The notes beneath the pieces are model-generated. The model searched no databases and was not told the DNA's origin. It worked only from the letters and a program-made list of their open reading frames with translations. 41,161 nucleotides of DNA, taken from the UHGV virus genome UHGV-0045963. One strand, 5' to 3'. The translations under genes were made by a program, and so were the position numbers. Source of the stretch: a virus. This document shows, one piece after another, positions 36,257 to 41,161 of this stretch (position 1 is its first letter; each line of letters starts with the position of its first letter).

Positions 36257-36487
36257 TCATGAGTAGAAGAAGTATGCCAGTTCTGCTTTTGAGCGCAGCC
36301 ATTGTCTTGTTTTACAGGCTTTAAAAAGCCCATTCATCAATACCTTACCTGGCATTTTGCGCTTACCTGTTAAGTGAGTCTGGATATAGTGACTCGTCGT
36401 TCCGGCTTCCTGTGCGAAGGCTTCACGCTCATCCGGAGTAAGTGCAAGCCAGTGCTTTTTGAAATCGAAATGTCCGTTATCGCTCAT
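36257..36487 (-). CDS. Cro-like small HTH regulator
   Basis: 76 aa with HTH-like segment LTPDEREAFAQEAGTTSHYIQTHL; divergent from the repressor gene with operator-like sites between them. Confidence 0.6.
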   Translation of the reverse strand: MSDNGHFDFKKHWLALTPDEREAFAQEAGTTSHYIQTHLTGKRKMPGKVLMNGLFKACKTRQWLRSKAELAYFFYS

Positions 36488-36570
36488 AGCTATTGCCTGA
36501 TATTTATTTCAGATAATAAATATTCACCCATAAGGTAACAAAAATCAAGGATAGTTACCTACGGGGTGCA

Positions 36571-36587
36571 TTTACCTGTTGGGTAAT
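36571..36587. promoter_or_regulatory. operator-like site TTTACCTGTTGGGTAAT in the cro/cI divergent region
   Basis: TTACC-N5-GGTAA; additional half-sites GGTAAC (36534..36539) and GTTACC (36554..36559) nearby. Confidence 0.55.
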
Positions 36588-36641
36588 ATTGCTTTAAATT
36601 GAATCATCTACTGATTCATATATGAGGCGATTTTCCAGAAA

Positions 36642-37226
36642 ATGAAAAGTATCCAGGACGTCCGCAGGCAAAATCTCAACGACTTGATCGACCGTGAATT
36701 CAATGGTGTTCAGACGCGGATGGCAGAAAAACTTGGAACTCAGGCAAATCTGGTAAACCGCTGGGCTCTTGGCAAGAAGGTTATCGGCGACCAGGTTGCA
36801 CGAAAAATTGAAGCTGCCGCCAATAAACCCCGTAACTGGCTTGATATTGATCGTTCGCTTTCTCAGGAGGGTTTTCAGCCTGTCGGCCCGAGCGATATAG
36901 GTCAGCTGGCGGCTCACAACCTGGAACGCTGGATGAGCGAAAGCCGCGACCTTTCAACACAGGGAAAACTTCACCGCGCATCCGGCGTCGCCCAGGTGAC
37001 AATCAGCCGCCTGTTAAACAATGAGGTCAGCGTTTCCATTTCCACTCTGGAGAATGTTGCATCCGCATTCGGGCGTCACGGATATGAACTACTGATTCAC
37101 CCGCACGACCCTGCGACTATCAACTATGACCGCTCACGCTACGCATTGTTACCCGAAACCGAGAAAGCAAAGATCGAAAGTTACATTGAATTTGTCATCA
37201 ACCAGAACGAAAAAAGCAAACAATAA
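36642..37226 (+). CDS. CI-like repressor with two XRE-type HTH regions and no recognisable LexA-like autocleavage domain
   Basis: 194 aa; HTH-like segments near residues 25-45 and 115-135; no Ala-Gly/Cys-Gly plus Ser/Lys S24 motifs seen; no SD sequence before the ATG; followed by a terminator and OL-like operators. Confidence 0.65.
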   Translation: MKSIQDVRRQNLNDLIDREFNGVQTRMAEKLGTQANLVNRWALGKKVIGDQVARKIEAAANKPRNWLDIDRSLSQEGFQPVGPSDIGQLAAHNLERWMSESRDLSTQGKLHRASGVAQVTISRLLNNEVSVSISTLENVASAFGRHGYELLIHPHDPATINYDRSRYALLPETEKAKIESYIEFVINQNEKSKQ

Positions 37227-37248
37227 AACTATAGTTTTCAGTAAGTAA

Positions 37249-37269
37249 GCCGCCTCATGCGGCTTTTTT
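37249..37269 (+). terminator. intrinsic terminator after the repressor gene
   Basis: Stem GCCGC / GCGGC with loop CTCAT followed by T6. Confidence 0.7.
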
Positions 37270-37282
37270 ATTGCCAGATAGA

Positions 37283-37299
37283 TTACCTTACGGGTAATT
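37283..37299. promoter_or_regulatory. operator-like palindrome ATTACCTTACGGGTAAT (OL-like)
   Basis: Perfect inverted repeat just after the repressor terminator. Confidence 0.6.
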
Positions 37300-37343
37300 T
37301 TTTTAACTCATATCTATTGACACCAAACCAAATAAGCATAATT

Positions 37344-37360
37344 ATTACCTCAACGGTAAC
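37344..37360. promoter_or_regulatory. operator-like palindrome ATTACCTCAACGGTAAC overlapping a pL-like promoter
   Basis: TTGACA at 37317..37322, a -10-like CATAATTAT about 15 nt downstream, operator overlapping and just downstream; precedes the leftward early genes. Confidence 0.6.
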
Positions 37361-37378
37361 AGACCGAGGTAACAAGTT

Positions 37379-37531
37379 ATGCAGTGGAAAATCATCAACG
37401 GTTGGTACTGCGTTACTGCATGCGGATTCATGAGCTGGAAGTTCCGCACCTTACAGGAAGGCATTAAGTGGGCTTTCGTCAGCAAAGAAGCTCGCGATGT
37501 AGCCAACGATAACGAGATATGGGAGGGCTGA
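37379..37531 (+). CDS. small ORF (50 aa), first gene of the leftward operon
   Basis: RBS GAGGT 9 nt upstream; stop overlaps the RBS of the next gene; below the 60-aa ORF-track cutoff. Confidence 0.3.
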   Translation: MQWKIINGWYCVTACGFMSWKFRTLQEGIKWAFVSKEARDVANDNEIWEG

Positions 37532-37533
37532 TA

Positions 37534-37833
37534 ATGAACGTTAATCAGCAGAAAAATCTTCAAAAAATCATGCTGGCATTCGACAAGGACTACCGCCTGT
37601 CAGAACAGCTATATGACCGACAAGTTGAACTGATTGAGAGCATCCGACTTCATCAACTGTCCTCAACTTTCGACGTTGTAACAGGCAAAGGCGTTCGTCA
37701 GGAAGTGCTGGAGGCTGCTAAAGACAGCCCTGAGTTCGAAGAACTGATAGATTCCTACCGGCGCGAGGCAATGGCAATTATCGCCCGCTGGGATCTGGCG
37801 GATCGGATTGATGGGCAGAGGGAAGCGGCATGA
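37534..37833 (+). CDS. hypothetical early protein
   Basis: 99 aa from the ATG preceded by RBS GGGAGGG; the track start is 37519. Confidence 0.45.
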   Translation: MNVNQQKNLQKIMLAFDKDYRLSEQLYDRQVELIESIRLHQLSSTFDVVTGKGVRQEVLEAAKDSPEFEELIDSYRREAMAIIARWDLADRIDGQREAA

Positions 37834-38729
37834 TGCAGAACGCTGGAATCATGGATAGAACAAAATACATCGGAGGAAGCGATGTTGCAGGGATTCTTGG
37901 AATTAGCCCATGGCGCACCCCGCTTGAGGTTTATCTGGATAAGGTCCAGCCACGTGTCAAACCAGTAGACCAAAGCAAGCAGAAAGTTTTCACGCGTGGC
38001 CAGCGTATGGAGCCATACGTAATAGACCTGCTTTCTGAGGAAACAGGGATGGAAATCGTTCATCGCGGAAACCGCTATATCCACCGTGATTACGATTTTA
38101 TTGCAGCTGAGATCGATGCAGAAGCAGCGTCAGGCGAGAACATTGAGATCAAAACAGTTAGTCCGTTCAAAGCCAAAGAATGGGGAGAAATCCAGACAGA
38201 TGCAATTCCTGTGCATTACACGGCCCAGGCCATGCACGGGTTGATGGTTACAAACAAACAGGTATGCGTTTTCGGTGTGCTTATCGGTGGCGACGACTTC
38301 CGAATCTATCGGGTTGAGCGTGATGAAGAAACTATCCAGGCGATCTTAGAAAAAGAAATCGCTTTCTGGGACCGAGTGAAAAATCTTAACCCGCCGGAAG
38401 CTACCAGCGTAAGCGATGTATCGCTGATGTTTGAGAAAGATGCCGGGACAAGTATCGAGGCTGACGGAAAGGCACTCGCACTATTCAACGATCTACGAGA
38501 CATGAAGTCACGCAGAAAATCACTGGAAGAAGAAATAGCTATATCAGAAGAGAAGCTGAAGATGTACATGCAAGAGCACTCAGTCCTGACCCTGGACGGA
38601 AAGCCGCTCTGCACATGGAAATCTCAGATCAGCAACAGATTCGACCAGAAGCTATTCCAGTCAGTACACCCTGAGTTATTCGAAAAATTCAAAACAACAA
38701 CGACACAACGCGTCTTCAGAATGAAGTAA
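37830..38729 (+). CDS. YqaJ-type recombination exonuclease (lambda Exo-like)
   Basis: N-terminal YIGGSDVAGILGISPWRTPLEVYLDK signature of YqaJ viral recombinase domains; directly upstream of recT. Confidence 0.8.
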   Translation: MMQNAGIMDRTKYIGGSDVAGILGISPWRTPLEVYLDKVQPRVKPVDQSKQKVFTRGQRMEPYVIDLLSEETGMEIVHRGNRYIHRDYDFIAAEIDAEAASGENIEIKTVSPFKAKEWGEIQTDAIPVHYTAQAMHGLMVTNKQVCVFGVLIGGDDFRIYRVERDEETIQAILEKEIAFWDRVKNLNPPEATSVSDVSLMFEKDAGTSIEADGKALALFNDLRDMKSRRKSLEEEIAISEEKLKMYMQEHSVLTLDGKPLCTWKSQISNRFDQKLFQSVHPELFEKFKTTTTQRVFRMK

Positions 38730-38738
38730 GGAGAAAAA

Positions 38739-39761
38739 ATGTCTATCAATGCACTTAAGGCAGCGGCTACCGGTAACCAAGTTGCACATCATAATGAGAA
38801 ACCAACAACTCTGGCCGGACTTCTGGCAGACCCAAAAATTAAAGCTCAGATGGCTTTGGCACTTCCAAAGCACATGACAGCAGACCGTCTGGCGCGCATA
38901 GCAACCACAGAGATCCGAAAGGTTCCAAAACTTGCATCATGCGACCAAGCCAGCTTCCTGGGGGCAATTATGCAATGTGCCCAATTGGGTCTTGAACCAG
39001 GCGGAGCTCTTGGACACGCTTACCTGATACCGTTCGACAAACGCCAGAAAGTAAATGGAAGATGGGAAACCGTATCTACAGAAGCACAGCTGATTATCGG
39101 CTATCGCGGAATGATTGACCTTGCCCGCCGCTCTGGGCAGATCCTGAGTATCTCGGCTCGTACCGTACATACAAACGACAAATTCAGCTACTCATACGGC
39201 CTGGAAGAAACGCTCGAGCATTTACCTTGCGAAACAGGTGACCGCGGAGAATTAACGCACGTTTACGCCGTTGCACGACTGAAAGATGGCGGAGTCCAAT
39301 TTGAAGTTATGAGCCGGGCAGACATTGAGAAAGTTCGTGCACTGAGCAAAGCCGGTAGCAGTGGCCCATGGGTTGATCACTTCGATGAGATGGCTAAAAA
39401 AACAGTAATTCGCCGACTATTCAAATATCTTCCTGTTTCTATTGAAATGCAGAAGGCTGTTGTTATGGATGAGCGCGCTGAAGCTGGACTTAGCCAAGAT
39501 AACGCAGCTGTTATCACTGGTGAATATTCCGTAGTTGACGATGAGCGTCAACACCTGTCGCCAATTTCAGATTCAGAACGAGAAGAAGCTCGAGAATATA
39601 TCATCGCGATACTTAATAGCCTGGATCCATCTGCTGAAGATGCAAAAACGATGTTCAAGCGCGCTGAAAATGAGATTAACACCATGGCTGAAAAGCTCGG
39701 TGATGAATATCACCAAAAATTCATGATGACGCTTAACGATATGCGTCCAGAATTCGAGTAA
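38739..39761 (+). CDS. recT: RecT-family single-strand annealing recombinase
   Basis: Strong similarity to E. coli RecT in ALPKHMTADRLARIATTEIRKVP ... GHAYLIPF ... LIIGYRGMIDLARRSGQI ... THVYAVARLKDGG ... AIRRLFKYLPVSIEMQ; RBS TAAGGAG. Confidence 0.9.
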   Translation: MSINALKAAATGNQVAHHNEKPTTLAGLLADPKIKAQMALALPKHMTADRLARIATTEIRKVPKLASCDQASFLGAIMQCAQLGLEPGGALGHAYLIPFDKRQKVNGRWETVSTEAQLIIGYRGMIDLARRSGQILSISARTVHTNDKFSYSYGLEETLEHLPCETGDRGELTHVYAVARLKDGGVQFEVMSRADIEKVRALSKAGSSGPWVDHFDEMAKKTVIRRLFKYLPVSIEMQKAVVMDERAEAGLSQDNAAVITGEYSVVDDERQHLSPISDSEREEAREYIIAILNSLDPSAEDAKTMFKRAENEINTMAEKLGDEYHQKFMMTLNDMRPEFE

Positions 39762-39810
39762 CCACCACCGCGGTGCCACACGCGCCGCACTGCAACCAAG
39801 AGAGGTATTT

Positions 39811-40059
39811 ATGAAAGGTGCATTAGGTAAGAAGGAACTCCTGGCGGTGGTGCCACTGTCATGGAGCACTATCGACCGTATGGAGCGCGCAGGGGAATTT
39901 CCTAAACGCTGGTATATCACTGACAAACGCTGCGCATGGAACCGTGACGAAGTTGAGCGTTGGCTTGATGAACGTCAGGCAGCAAGCCCGGCAGAGTTCC
40001 AGGGTAAAAAACCTCCTGTTCAGCAACGTGTATATCGTCCCGTGAGCAACGCTGCATGA
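39811..40059 (+). CDS. AlpA-family small DNA-binding protein (possible excisionase or regulator)
   Basis: AlpA-like HTH pattern LLAVVPLSWSTIDRMERAGEFPKRWYITDKRCAWNRDEVERWL; RBS AGAGAGG. Confidence 0.6.
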   Translation: MKGALGKKELLAVVPLSWSTIDRMERAGEFPKRWYITDKRCAWNRDEVERWLDERQAASPAEFQGKKPPVQQRVYRPVSNAA

Positions 40060-40168
40060 GTGCGCTGCTAAGGAACTGGATCAAATGGTCAGGATGGTAC
40101 TTATTCCTGGCCTCTGTTTCAGCATGGCTTTATCTGCTGGCATTAATTTTCAGAGAGGGTTGGATTAA

Positions 40169-40468
40169 GTGAGAAAGTTAAGCCGACTTGAAAAATATCA
40201 CATGAATAAGGTTTCAATGCGCAGTCCGTCAAAGATTGTCGCCGTTACTCCTGCGGCGATAGAGATCGAAAAACGCGCGATTGAAAGAGAGAAAAAAGGG
40301 CAGTTCCGCATTGCCGCTCACCTTTGGCTTCAGTGTATGGATGTTGCTTCTGGTGATGTTGAGCGTGCAAGGATCGCGGTTCGCAGGGACCAATGTATCA
40401 CAAAAGGTAACGGCCTTCGCCGTGGAGACTATAGCGGTATAGGATGTTGCGGGGTGGTTTATGACTAA
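40169..40468 (+). CDS. small regulator-like protein, possibly PerC/ANR-like
   Basis: 99 aa, GTG start with RBS GAGAGGG; weak resemblance to small PerC/ANR-type regulators (FRIAAHLWLQCM). Confidence 0.35.
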   Translation: MRKLSRLEKYHMNKVSMRSPSKIVAVTPAAIEIEKRAIEREKKGQFRIAAHLWLQCMDVASGDVERARIAVRRDQCITKGNGLRRGDYSGIGCCGVVYD

Positions 40469-41111
40469 GAAATACACACTAATCTATGCAGATCCACCCT
40501 GGGTATACCGGGACAAAGCCGCAGATGGTAATCGCGGTGCCGGTTTTAAATATCCGGTTATGAGTGTGCTGGATATCTGCCGCCTTCCTGTGTGGGATTT
40601 GGCCGATGAAAACTGTCTGTTGGCCATGTGGTGGGTGCCAACACAACCACTCGAAGCACTAAAAGTTGTTGAAGCCTGGGGATTCCGTCTGATGACGATG
40701 AAGGGCTTCACGTGGATAAAATGTGGTAGTCGACAACCAGATAAACTGGTTATGGGTATGGGACACATGACTCGCGCCAATAGTGAAGATTGCCTGTTTG
40801 CGGTAAAGGGAAAACTACCTACGCGCATTAATGCAGGGATCGTTCAGTCATTTACCGCACCGCGGCTTGAGCATTCAAGAAAGCCAGATATCGTTCGTGA
40901 AAAACTTGTGCAATTATTAGGCGATGTTTCTCGCATTGAACTGTTCGCCCGCCAGACGTCTCATGGCTTCGATGTTTGGGGTAATCAGTGCGAAGACCCG
41001 GCAGTGCAACTACACCCTGGATACGCGTTGGATATTGGCGGATTAACAAATGCATTCAGCAATGCTCCGCTGTCACCAACAGACAACCAGGGGCGGGAGC
41101 GTGCTGCATGA
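40461..41111 (+). CDS. MT-A70-family N6-adenine DNA methyltransferase
   Basis: Catalytic DPPW motif in LIYADPPWVY near the N-terminus; RBS GGGGTGG; overlaps the upstream stop. Confidence 0.85.
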   Translation: MTKKYTLIYADPPWVYRDKAADGNRGAGFKYPVMSVLDICRLPVWDLADENCLLAMWWVPTQPLEALKVVEAWGFRLMTMKGFTWIKCGSRQPDKLVMGMGHMTRANSEDCLFAVKGKLPTRINAGIVQSFTAPRLEHSRKPDIVREKLVQLLGDVSRIELFARQTSHGFDVWGNQCEDPAVQLHPGYALDIGGLTNAFSNAPLSPTDNQGRERAA

Positions 41112-41161
41112 ACAGGGCATCACCAGCAGATTTAAGAAAATGCCTTGAAACTGCAAACATG
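41108..41161 (+). CDS. 5-prime end of an ORF truncated by the window edge
   Basis: ATG overlaps the methyltransferase stop (ATGA); only 18 codons visible. Confidence 0.3.
   Translation, partial: MNRASPADLRKCLETANM

Overview
The window is almost entirely a temperate, short-tailed (podovirus-type) prophage with a lambda-like control and replication region; no integrase or attachment site is visible, so the prophage ends cannot be placed. Layout, left to right: two cargo or host-like secreted/lipoprotein genes and a bidirectional terminator (1-1.9 kb); a lysis cassette on the minus strand (Rz/Rz1, GH19 endolysin, two holin-like proteins; 2.0-3.8 kb); a 1039-aa tailspike with sialidase-like Asp-boxes and a C-terminal self-cleaving chaperone domain (4.1-7.2 kb); an accessory island (7.3-10.9 kb) holding a LexA-box-controlled small antirepressor-like gene, a membrane-anchored zinc-ribbon protein, a Bro-N antirepressor with a structured leader, a double-glycine-leader-like hydrophobic peptide with a membrane partner, a small secreted peptide and a lipoprotein; a translationally coupled minus-strand virion operon (internal/ejection proteins, T7-like tail tube A/B, capsid, scaffold, portal; 11-26.8 kb); a plus-strand insertion of tRNA-Arg(UCU) and a 124-aa ORF (27.1-28.2 kb); terminase large and small subunits; a nin-like region; P-like helicase loader and O-like initiator with iterons inside the gene; an assembly gap flanked by artificial homopolymers (36.13-36.23 kb); divergent cro-like and cI-like genes; and a leftward early operon (YqaJ exonuclease, RecT, AlpA-like, MT-A70 methyltransferase). 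The most notable signals are a 17-bp palindrome ATTACC-N5-GGTAAT at the immunity region and at least eight other intergenic sites, a near-consensus LexA box in front of a standalone antirepressor-domain gene alongside a repressor with no recognisable autocleavage domain, and a 12-bp palindrome GTGACATGTCAC at three module junctions. All functional calls rest on motifs and gene order read from the sequence; no database search was run.
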